64,000 nt of DNA, from contig CBFFRQ010000041.1 of the NCBI GenBank assembly GCA_965644315.1, positions 178,506-242,505 of the forward strand, given 5' to 3'. The notes under the pieces were generated by a model, which worked only from the letters and a program-made list of their open reading frames with translations, did no database searches and was not told where the DNA came from. This stretch comes from Caecitellus pseudoparvulus. Its lineage: Eukaryota > Protista > Bigyra: Bicosoecida. The position numbers and the translations under genes were made by a program. Within the stretch, counting starts at the first letter, position 1. Every line of letters starts with the position of its first letter. Below are positions 34,318-44,783 of this stretch, in pieces.

Positions 34318-34471
34318 GAATGAAGTCCCCTCGTCCAGGGGCTCGAACACCCCGCCGGACCTTGCAGAGGCCATAGTGGTGAGCCAGCTGCAGGAAGGTC
34401 GCGTGCAGCGAGAAGTGGCTGCAGCTGAGCCCTCGGCAACAACACCTTCCAAGGCACCACAAACAGCAAAA

Positions 34472-37400
34472 ATGGCGAGGCTGTGCACTCCAGTCCGTCT
34501 TCCTGCACTAGCGTTGCAGTACGGGCTGGGTGAATTTGTGAGACCGCCGGCATGGCTCTCGTGCACCGCGAGAGCGGCAGCACACACTTTCCACCTGGCT
34601 GACACGAGGCAGGCGAGGGGGGCCGCTCGAGGGCAGACAAAAAAATGAACACCCACAGTACGCACTGGAGGGGTCTTTGCAGCGGGGAGGGGTTCATTTG
34701 CTGCTGCTCCGTGACACTACAGAGCCATGCAAGGTGCAAGTCGCCCCAGCCGGGCCGCCAGTGTGGAAGCTGTCGCGCCCGGTGCTCCCGCGTTCTCAGA
34801 CACCTTCACCAGCCAACCAGAGCCTGATGGGGATGACGACCCGCTGGCTGACGAGCGGTACGCCGTTGTGTCCTTGCTGAGCCAGCGCAAGGCCCTGGAT
34901 GCCGAGTTCGCAGAAGAGGTCCGGGAGGTAACCAAGGCAGCTGGCAGCGCCACCCTCTCCACACGCACGGCTGATGAGCGCGTGCGGCAACGTACCCTGC
35001 ACAAGCTGCACCCGAGGCTGGCCAACATTGCCCAGCGAGACACGTCGCTGGATGAAGCGATCACTCTGCGCACCGAGGCACAAGTGCGGAAGCTACAGGT
35101 GTGTCAAGCACCTTCCGTTGGCGTCGCGGGCGACGTTCACCCCGCACTCTGCCGCACCTCAGGCCCACGGGACAGAGCTGGCCATGGTGCTGCAGACACA
35201 GCATGAGGCAAATGCTTCGGCCAGGGAAGAGCTCGCTCAGCTCACAGCAGAGCTGGCGGCTCTGCAGGCCGAGGAGGCTGCTGCAGAGTCTGCTGCGGCA
35301 CAGGAGCCAGGGCGCCTTGCAGCGCAGGAGGCGGAGTTGGGCAAGGCGCTGAAAGCGAAGATCCGCCAAGCAGCGACTGCTGCCGTGGCAGACTTTGAGG
35401 CCAGTACCGCTGCTGTGCAGAGCTCCGTGACGCAGGAGCGGTACCAAGAGCAGCTGGCTGCGCAGCGTGCGGCGGATGACGAGGTGGACGGCCACTTGGC
35501 GTACCTGCACCGCCACAGCCTGACGGTTGGGAGGGACTTGGCCGGGCAGGCCGCCGCAGCGTACTTGGCAGTGCACCGCAAGGAGCTCGTGCACTGGCTG
35601 CGTGAGCGCAGCAAAGCGAAGGAGGAACTGCAGCTGGCGCAAACCGATTTCGCAGCTCTGGTGCACGACGTGGCTGCGCTGGTGGAGCACGAGGACAATG
35701 CGAGCCTTGTCGTGGAGAAGGGCTCCTTTGTGGAGGACGACTCTGACCTTGGTCGCTTGTCTGACGTCGAGTCAGACGACGAGAGCATCTCTAGCTCACG
35801 CGCCGGCCTGGCCAGCACCGCGACGTGGAGCGTCACCACCAAGGCCAGCCGCAAGTCACGCAAGTCTCTGGCAGCCAAGTCCCAGGTGGGGAGCAAGTCT
35901 CACAGCGGGCGAAGCAGGACCAGCCGCCGCATCCGGGCGGGGGAGACGATGTTCGGCGGGCGCAAGCGTGCCGCCGATGGCGTGCGCACTGTCCGCACCA
36001 GCTCCCGGGGCGCCACCATCCTGGACGGCTTCGGCGAGATCAAAGGCGGGCAGGGCCCCAACCTGCTCACTGCCGTGCGGGGAGAGGATGGGGAGGAGGA
36101 CGGCATCCGAGGCGGCATCTCGGACGAGGAGAGCACAGACTCGGAGGACGAAGGCGTGGACGAGCGCCGCACCACCCACGACAAACTCACTGCCGAGCCC
36201 CTGCTCCTGCACAAGGATCGTGTGAACGCCTTCTTCGAGGACCCCGCCCGCGCCCTGGGCCCCGACGTGCCGTCAGCACACTACACGGGGGAGGCGGAGG
36301 AGGAACTGCGAAGTAGGGTGTTGGACCTGCTGCGAAGAGACATCACGCGCGCAGACCTGCGCACCCACACGCTGCCGTCGGCACGGGTGGGCACCGTGAC
36401 GGCGCACCTGGACACCGCGGAGCCTGATCTGCACGGAGACACCTTGCACCTGCCTGACGGCTCCTTCTCCTCCCCCCTGGGCCACGTGCTGGCGAAGCAG
36501 GAGGGGCGGCCGCCCAAGTCTCCCCGGCGCACGTCCATGGCGGTCATGGCCCGCACAGGCTCGTCGTCCAGCCTGCGGAAGAGCCCCTCCCGCTCGCCCA
36601 AGGCTGCTCCCCGGCCCCCAGCGCCAGCACTGAAGAAGCGCAGCCCCAAGCCCAGCGCCGCGGCCCCAGCAGAGGCGACGAGCCCCTCCCCTGCAACGAG
36701 CCCCAAGCGCCGGGTGACCATGTCCAGGTCCCTGTCACAGAGCCGGATCATCGTGCCAGATGCGCCAGTGTTCGAGAGCAGCCCGGCGCCCAGCCCCACC
36801 CGGAAGGACGCCTCTCCCCGCCGCAGTATCCTCAAGCGATCCAGCAGTGGTGGCAGCATGACTGAGCTGGACTTGGGTTCCCCTGCTGCATCGCCAACGC
36901 GTAGCAAGCGTGCCGGCTTCTCCCTCCTCGCCACGACGGCTGAGGAGGTGAGCGACGACGACGAGGAGGTGGCCCCCGCTGCCTCACCAGACTTCACCCC
37001 CATGCGCGTCGCGCCGAGCCTGAAGCCGCCGCCGCTGCCCCTCGCGCAGCGCGACGCCAGCAGTTCACAGCGCTCACCCACCCGCCGCGGGTCCGTCATG
37101 TCTTCACACTTCCCGCCCCACGCGCCTGCGTCGGTGGGGGCACCCTCCCCAACCCACGCTTCCCAGCCAACCCCACACGGCCAGGCGTCACCTGCACAGC
37201 CAGGCGACGCAGGTCTCGGGGAATCTGCAGGGGAGCTGGTCTTCTCGCAGGATGCGCCTGCGGCGGAGCAGGCCAGTCAGCAGCTGCCGCTCGGCGCCGA
37301 CGGCCGCTTGCTGCCGGCGGACCTGAACGTGGACTTCACGCCCGAGCAGATGGCCCAAGGAAGAGCAGTGCTCTCTGAGCTGCAGGTACGCTTTGCCCCC

Positions 37401-37955
37401 CTCCCTTGCCCTCGCTCGCCTCCCATGCGCACATACCCGCCCGCCTCCCCACCTCTCCCCCTGTCGCAGAAAGCCGTTGTGGCTGACTGCCAAGCTAGCC
37501 TCACATACAAGCCGCGTGAGATGCTGAGCATGCTGCAGAGCATGCAGCGCATGGCCGTGCAGACGGCCATCATGTGTGGGGACAGCGCCGGCTTGCAGCG
37601 CGTGAAGGAGGCGTACGACGCGGAGCTGGGGCGCCTAGGGGATGTGGCGGCCATCGTGGCGCTGGAAGACTACCACGCCCACCTGCGCAAGGCGCTGGTG
37701 GAGGCGGACCTGGCGGCGGGACAGGCACTGGAGGCCATGGAAGGTGGCCAGTCGGCGGGGTCCGGCGTCCTGCAGCGCATGGGGCAGGACGGGCAGGCTC
37801 TGCGGGACGTGCTGGACAGGCGGCAAGAGCTGGCGGCCTCGGCGGCAGCGGTGCGCAACGACGCCCTGCTGCGGCACGAGGCGTTCCAGGAGACCTACGG
37901 CGAGGAGGTCCCGGTCTCCAGCGACCTGCTCCCCCACATGGCCACCATGCGCTGA
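34472..37955 (+). CDS. hypothetical coiled-coil / Ser-Pro-rich protein, 5 exons (alternative start 34316)
   Basis: Introns 34519-34612, 34658-34722, 35099-35162 and 37386-37469 link three track ORFs in frame. AATGCA at 37989. Confidence 0.6.
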
Positions 37956-38075
37956 CGCAGCGTGGGGGCAGCTGCTCGGGCGACACACAATGCAACAGAC
38001 TGGCACTGGCTCCCACCTCCCTCGTCACGAACGCAGCAGACTCCGTGTGTGTCGCAAACATCTCGACGGGCTGCC

Positions 38076-39362
38076 ATGGCAATGTTCCGCAAAGACAGCC
38101 GGGCGCTGGATGCGCTGTTCTCGGACGAGCAGGGCATCGACCCCACCGCCATGTGAGGCTTGCGACGCCTTCGATGCGGGAAGTTCACAGGCGCGGGCAT
38201 GCCACACGCGCCCCCACGCAGTGTTGAGAAGCAGATGACTGGACACATGTACAAGTGTTCGTTGGATGGCTCGCGACGGTGGAAGCGCCGTTTTTTCGTG
38301 CTGAAGGATGGTGCGGCGGTCTGCGCGCGTTTCGCCGCACAGCCAGTGAAACGCAACCTCGCCCTCCTCCCTCCCGGCCAGGCTTCTTGATGTACTACGA
38401 GCCCCGCGAGAAGCGCCTGGTATTCTTTGATTTCCACCCAAAAGGTGCGGTGCCACACCCTCTGCCAAGGCCGTCTGTAGCTCGCCAACCACGCTCACTG
38501 TCTTCCCGCGGCGTGCTCAGGAGTCCTGCCTCTGGACGGGGTGGAGCTGGCGACAGTGCAGCTCGAGGATGGCCCCAAGGCCAACGGGAGGAAGGTGGTG
38601 CACGGCATTTCCATCACGCACCCCTCCTTCGGGGGCCGGGCGCTGCACTTGGCGGTGGAGGAGGAGGCCATGCGCAACACCTGGATGGCGGCGCTGGAGG
38701 CGTCGCGCCACGTCACGTACAAGAACGCCGTCACTGGCAGCACCAGCGTGGACATGTACAAGGACATGGCCACGCATGCGCAGACACGCATGGGCAAGAT
38801 GTCTTCCGACCTCATCGCCGCCAAGAAGCAGGCCAAGACCCTGGCAGCCACCCTGGCGGCCAAGAACGAGTACATCGTGAACCTCCTCACCACCATCGCG
38901 TCTGCGTCAGCGAAGCATGGCGTGCACATCCCCGTCCCAGAGGCGCCCGCTGCAGCCCCTGCCAGCTCCGCTGCCGCAGCGGCAGGCGGGGCTGGGGCAG
39001 AGGACACTCACGCTGACGACGCAAGCGACAGTGACGGGGAGGGGGAGGGGCGGGGCGTGCGGTTCGCGGCAGCAGAGGCTGCGGCAGGCCTCACCCTGGA
39101 CCTGAAGGACAAGGAGACTGCTGGGGAGCTGTCCCCACAGCACGGGGGGAGCCCTGGCCGCACGCCGGCCCCCAAGGACGGCCTGACGCCAGCCTTCCCC
39201 GCCAGCGAGGGTGGTGAGGGGGCTGCAGGGGAAGCGTCTGAGCCAGGGGAGGCTGCAGGTGGACAAGATTCGAAGGAAGACAGCGCTCCATCGGAGGACG
39301 CGCCCCCACGCACTGAGGCAACGCAGGACGGCAAGGCCGGCGAGGCGGACGAAGCTTCTTGA
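38076..39362 (+). CDS. PH-domain protein with a coiled coil (PLEKHD1-like pattern)
   Basis: GHMYK....RWKRRFFVLKDGFLMYY..FHPKGVLPL and TWMAALE. Introns 38153-38221, 38311-38381 and 38445-38520. Confidence 0.8.
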
Positions 39363-39586
39363 AGCGGCGCACTGGCGGGCCAATTACGAGCACTGCGCAA
39401 ATGTACACATCCCAGAGATTTGCCGCACACTGCCTTGACTGCACCTGCACCCTCCCACTGCCTGGCCGAGCGGCACTGGCCCCCAGGACGCTGAAACGTC
39501 GGGCACCGAGACCAGACCCCCCACACTTCCGCCACAAAGCTTTGTGCGGCTCAAGCTTGCAAGGCCTTCTCATTTGATTGTCTGCC

Positions 39587-40613
39587 ATGGCTGCCGCAGA
39601 CATGAAACTGGCGGAGGAAGATGTGTGTGGCTGCAGCAGACGCCCAATCGCAGAGGCGGCGTTTCACGTGCCTCCCAACCCGCCCGTTGCAGCTGAAGAG
39701 TTTCCTGTCCTTCTTCGAGCTGAAGCGGAGGCAGTATTCCCAGGAGCTCAGCGACGTCATCCATGACGTCCTCCTCGAAAGGTGCGTTGCCGCGCCCTTC
39801 AACCCCAGCGCCAGGCATCCCGGACGGCGCTGAGCCGCAGGGTGGTGGAGGACATGTTTTCCCGGGACGACGTGGAGGGCCTCTTCGAAGCTGCCGCCGA
39901 GTCCGCACAGGCAAAAGCAGAGCTGTACCTGGAGAAGCAAATCAACATGGCTGCCCTGGTCATTGAGCAGGTGTACACTGCTGCCCTGGACGCCGGTGTG
40001 CGGGTGTCCCTGGACATGTCCAGGGTGGAGGATGAGAGTGCGTGGCAGCTCCCGCCGCCCTGCCCAAGCCTCAGCACACACACCGCCGGTACCCCCGCCC
40101 CCTGCAGAACTCCTGCGAGAAGTAGGCAAGCTCAATGAGGAGCGCCTAACGGCCCTGCGGGAGGCACATGCCGGGCAGCTGAAGCTGGCCCAGCTCGGCG
40201 CCCGCAAGGGCATGCTGGAGGAGCAGCTGGATGACTTGCAAGCGCAAGTCACAGAGCTGAAGGCAGCCAACGCCAAGTTGGAGGCGGACAACATTGCCTT
40301 GCGTGGCCAGCTGGCGTCGTCCGGGGGGAGCGGGGGCAGCGCCGCGCCGGCCGAGGTGGAGGCGCTGCGCACGGCACTGGCTGCGCGGGACACGGAGCTG
40401 GCGGAGGCCCGGGCCATGCTGAGCGGGCTGTCTGCTGAGGCAGCCGCTGCCAACGAGCGCATCACGAGCACCCGGCAGTTCCAGCAAATGCGGGACATGC
40501 TGCACAAGAAGAACGCCACCATTACCCAGCTGCGGGGGCGGCTGCTGGCACACGACCCGACCGCTTTCGATGACGACGCAGATGCGGCCGCTGGTGGCGT
40601 TGTGCACAAGTAG
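39587..40613 (+). CDS. LZTFL1: leucine zipper transcription factor-like 1 (BBS17), BBSome regulator
   Basis: RVVEDMFSRDDV, DMSRVEDEKLL, and the C-terminal QFQQMRDMLHKKNATITQLRGRL match the LZTFL1 pattern. Introns 39623-39692, 39782-39840 and 40038-40107. Confidence 0.75.
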
Positions 40614-40748
40614 GTGTGGAGGGGGTGTCGGCTTGATGTGGCGCAAGGTGGCAATGCAGTGTCAAGCATGGGTTGAGCGGGTGTTGACCCCGAGAGAGCG
40701 CGGCACAATAATACGCAGTCGGTCAAGCTGCCTGCATTCACACCAGCG

Positions 40749-41162
40749 TCACTCGTCATCCTCCTCATCCTCGTCCTCGTCGTCGTCCTCCTCATCTGCC
40801 ACAATGGTCTCGAACTTGCTCCAGTCCATCGTCTCGTAGGTCTTCTGTGCGGGTCAGAGCAGCACGCCTGGCCGTGGCAGGGGGTTCACGAGCTCGTGCC
40901 CTGCACGTGCGGAACTTACGCCGTGGTTCGCGGCAGACCACACGGCATCCCCGACAGTGCCGTAGATGGACTCCAGAATCACAGCCCCGCCAACAATGAA
41001 CAGAAGGTAGGTGGAGTTGCGCTTCAGCACCAGGTGGTACGCCTGTGCCAAGGGTGTCTTGGGCACGCGGGAGTATGCCCGGAAGGAGGTGGCAGTGGAG
41101 GGCAGCGGCACGGAGGCAACACGGGCGGCCGCAGCGGCGCCGGCACGGGTCAGCGCCTGCAT
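40749..41162 (-). CDS. QCR9: cytochrome bc1 complex subunit 9 (QCR9/UQCR10)
   Basis: YHLVLKRNSTY + TM + VWSAANHG|KTYETMDWSKF. Intron 40919-40845. Acidic C-tail. Confidence 0.85.
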
Positions 41163-41341
41163 TCTGGGAGGGTTTCGAGAGAGGATACGTCCACGGCCGA
41201 GAATGGCGGGAGGCGGGGGTGCCAGTGGGACTGTATTCGTGCGCGCGAGTCAGTGATGTGGCGCAGAGGTGGCATTGTGCTGAGGCTGGCCTTGGCCGAG
41301 CCACGCGGTGCAAGTCAACACCGAGCGGCTCCCGCTCCCGT

Positions 41342-41639
41342 CGTGCTCGCAGATACAGTGCACTGCCCAGTTAATCTTCACCTTGGCCGTCTTGCCCTAT
41401 AACCCGTCGGAGTGCTCGCCCCCAAGCCTGGCAGGCAAGCTTGTGTTGTCCGTCCAAGCAGCAGCCCCCGACTCCAACAAGGCACACTTCTAGCGAGAAA
41501 ACTCATGCGGTCCGGGGTAGCCCACCTGGTAGTGGGCGTAAGCACGCGCTGCTTGCGTGCACATCCCGACAGGGGCAGCTCCACCTGGCTGACCCCGGCT
41601 CCCGCAACGGCTGCAGGGCTGACCAGACCTCCAAGCACG
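41342..41639 (-). ncRNA. candidate structured RNA of unknown family
   Basis: Nested long-range helices with G-U pairs favouring the minus strand (see findings). Confidence 0.35.
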
Positions 41640-41899
41640 TAACTTGGCACAGGCACTTTGCAGAGACAAACATAACCACTGCATCAGACAGAATCCGTTG
41701 TTTGCCGTGCCTTTACGCGCGTTCTTCACGGTGCATACGTGCCCCACCGCAAACTAGCCACGGCAAGCTTGGCAAGGAGTGTGGGAGTTGCAGTGTGAAA
41801 CGCCGCCTCCCACGCAAAGCTGCTGAGCCTCGTCAACGGAGAAGAACTGCAGCAAGCGAGGCAGCAGGTTCAGTACTAGGCATTTATTAGTGAAGCCCC

Positions 41900-43343
41900 A
41901 TGGCAGAAGCCTTTTCAGAGACAGTCCCAGCAGCCGCTGCGGATGGAGAGGAAGTGGCAGCAACAGCGCCCGCCGGGCAGGGCGAGCAAGCCGACCTGGA
42001 CTTGACTTTGCGGCCGCCACCAGTAGAAACCGGGGTGCCCAAGGGCAGCACAGCCCAAGCCGCAGAGGCGTCGGGGGGCAGCACCCTGGAATCGCAAGGC
42101 TCCACCCCGGCGCGGCCAGCTGGGGAAGGAACTGCTGAGCCAGGCGAAGCCAGCAGCCTGCGGTTCGGAGGGCTGCGCTCCTTGCAGCTGCACGCAACTC
42201 TGGGAACGGGCACGTCTGGGAGGGTGAGGTTGGCATATCACAAGACTCGCAAAGCTTGGTACGCGCTGAAAATCCTGAAGAAGAGCGAGGTATGCTGTAG
42301 GAAGCTTGCACCGCCTGCGTTTCAGGAGCGTATCACTCGCCTTGCATTGTGGGCGCAGATCATCAAGATCAAGCAGTCCTCACACGTCAAGAGCGAAGTG
42401 CGCATCTTAAAGAAGATTGGGCACCCATTCCTGGTCGGCTTGTGAGTTTCGAGGCGGCGCGGGCGTTCGATTTGCCGGCCCCCTGCATGACTCCGAGCAC
42501 GCCCTGCCACCCCGCCAACCCAGGTGTGGCTTCCATCAAGACGCAAAGCGACTGTACCTTCTGCTGGAGTATGTTCCAGGTGGCGAGCTGTTTTCCCTCC
42601 TGCGCAAAGAAGTCCGGTGCGTGGTGTGTGTGCATGCGTGGCGCTTCGAGTCGCACACACACACACATTCCCCCAACCACAGGTTTTCCCCCGACGTCGC
42701 CAAGTTCTACACGTGCCAAATTGTGCTTGCGTTGGAGTACCTTCACTCCCTGGGCATCGTGTTCCGTGATCTGAAGCCGGAGAACATCCTCATTGGGAAG
42801 GATGGCTATGCGAAGGTGACTGACTTCGGCTTCGCCAAGGTGCTGTCAGGAGATCGGACGTACACGTTCTGTGGAACGCCAGAGTACTTGGCCCCTGAGA
42901 TCATCCAGAGCAAAGGCCACGACACGTCCGTGGACTGGTGGGCCCTGGGCATCCTCGTGTACGAGATGCTGGCAGGCTACCCGCCCTTCAGCGACGAGAA
43001 CCCGTTCGGCATCTACCAGAAGATTCTGTCGGGCAAAGTCATCTTCCCAGAGCACGTGCCTGCTGCTGCGCGGGACTTCGTGCGCAAACTTCTGAAAGCA
43101 GACTGGACACGGCGCCTGGGGTGCCAGCGGGGCGGCGCGGCAGACGTCAAGCGCCACAGGTGGTTTGAAGAGTTGGACTGGGGCACGGTGCTCGCCCGCG
43201 TCATCCCCGCGCCCTGGCTGCCGCCCATTGCCGCAGAGGACGACACGAGGAACTTCGACGAGTACCCAGACAGCGACGGGGAGGGCGGAGCAGCACTGAG
43301 CGGCAAGGCTGCCACGTTGTTCGACGACTTGGGCGGCTTCTGA
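41900..43343 (+). CDS. cAMP-dependent protein kinase catalytic subunit (PKA-C/PRKX-like)
   Basis: LGTGTSGRV, EYVPGGELF, FRDLKPEN, TDFGFAK, TFCGTPEYLAPE, VDWWALG and DTRNFDEYPD. Introns 42290-42358, 42442-42523 and 42617-42682. Confidence 0.92.
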
Positions 43344-43387
43344 ATGCAGGTTGCGCGAGGTTCTGTGCATTGAGACACTGCAGGGCA

Positions 43388-44496
43388 CTACACTTCCACT
43401 CCTGGGTTGGCCTCCTTCCATGCGGCCAGCTCGCTCGCAAAGCGCTCCTTGTCCGCGGCTGCCTTGGCCTTCCACTCCGCCTGGTCAGCCTCCTTCCACA
43501 TGGCGCCCAGGATCTTGCCCAACTCGGGGATCTTGGCGTCAGGGTTGGCGGCCTTCACCTCAGGGCGCACGCTCTGAGTGAACAGCATGTACGGCCCCAG
43601 AGCTGCCTTGGGGTACCCTTCGGGCTTGGCCTTCTTGGCCTTCTTGGCCTTGGTCTTGCCCGCGTCCGCGCCTTCGCTCCGGCTGCTGGCACGCTTCGTT
43701 CCCTTGGTCTTCTTCACAGGGGAAGAGCTGCCAGCAGCTGCCACCGCCTTGGCGGGTGCAGCCTTCACGTTGCTGTGGGGCTTGGCCAAGAAGGCCACCA
43801 GGCGGGAGGCCAGCTCCAGGGAGGCACCACTCTTGTCCAGGCCCATGAAGGCCAGCGCGTCCTTCAGCAGGGCGATGGTCCACACCTTGGAAGACGTGAT
43901 GCGCTCCACAATCTTCTCCGCATCGAAGCCTGCAGCATCGTACCCACAGAAAGCGCGGATGTTCTTCTTGCGGGAAGCAACAGCGCCCTGAGCAGGGGGG
44001 GGGGCGGCGGCGGCGTGGCTTCGCCTGCGCAAGCACCTTCTGCGCAAGCGCCGGGCGTCGCACCTGCGTGCCAAACAGCAGGCGATGGATCTGCTTCAGA
44101 ATCTCCACATCAGCCGTCACACGGGACAGGTGGTAGTTCACTGCGTTGGAGGTCGGGTGGACGAGTCGTTCGGGCGCTGCAGGTCTGGCGTGGTGACGTT
44201 CTGCGAGTGCGGAAATTGAACACGCCAACACCCGCAAACTGCAAACGCAGTTCCCAGCCGCTTATCGCGCCCCACTCGACATTCCACTCACCAATGTCAA
44301 GATCCCCCAGCTTGACACCTTCTCCCTGTGGAAAAGGTCGCAAAAGAGTCTTCCGTGACATGCCAGAGAGCATGCAGGCGTGTTGATGCACACCAACCTT
44401 CGGCACAGCAAAAGCCTTGCCAGTGCCTGCCTGAGGACCCTCGGGCATCAGACGGGCAGGGGGCACCCTGGAGCGACCCTCAACTGCAGCAGCCAT
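43388..44496 (-). CDS. DEK-like N-terminal (SAP/pseudo-SAP) domain fused to an HMG box
   Basis: Introns 44397-44326, 44291-44141 and 44063-43988 give GEGVKLGDLDIVNYHL..LKQIHRLLFG..RKKNIRAFCGY..LVAFLAKP (DEK), then PKAALGPYMLF..VKAANPDAKIPELGKILGAMWK (HMG). Confidence 0.8.
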
Positions 44497-44783
44497 GGCG
44501 AGTGTGGGTGGGAGGTGTGGTACTGCTGCGGCTGCGGCAGTACGAGTGCAACGATGCGACGCTGAGTCAGAGACGCAGTGATGGAAGGTGGGCACCGTCC
44601 AGGGACATACGGAAAGCTGGTGGCGGAGAAAGCGGCACAGCGGGGCTCGTGTTGGGCTGAAATAGTTGATTGTGCCGCTAGCTGTGCATTGCTCGCTCGA
44701 CCATGCTGCTGCTGGGAGGGGGGGGCGATGCTCGTTGGAGCCCCCTGCGCGCAAGCACTTGGACGAGCTGTGGGCTGAGAAGG

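Noticed and set aside
40753-40795. (TCG/TCC/TCA)n microsatellite-like tract
   Set aside because: It is the coding poly-Asp/Glu tail of QCR9.
41395-41405. CCCTATAACCC as a telomerase template
   Set aside because: It would specify an unusual repeat, lies on the strand disfavoured by the G-U pattern, and no telomere sequence is available to compare.
41511-41599. tRNA-like cloverleaf with an A-box-like TAGCCCACCTGG
   Set aside because: There is no TTCRA T-loop or B-box and no canonical anticodon loop. Kept only as part of the larger structured element.
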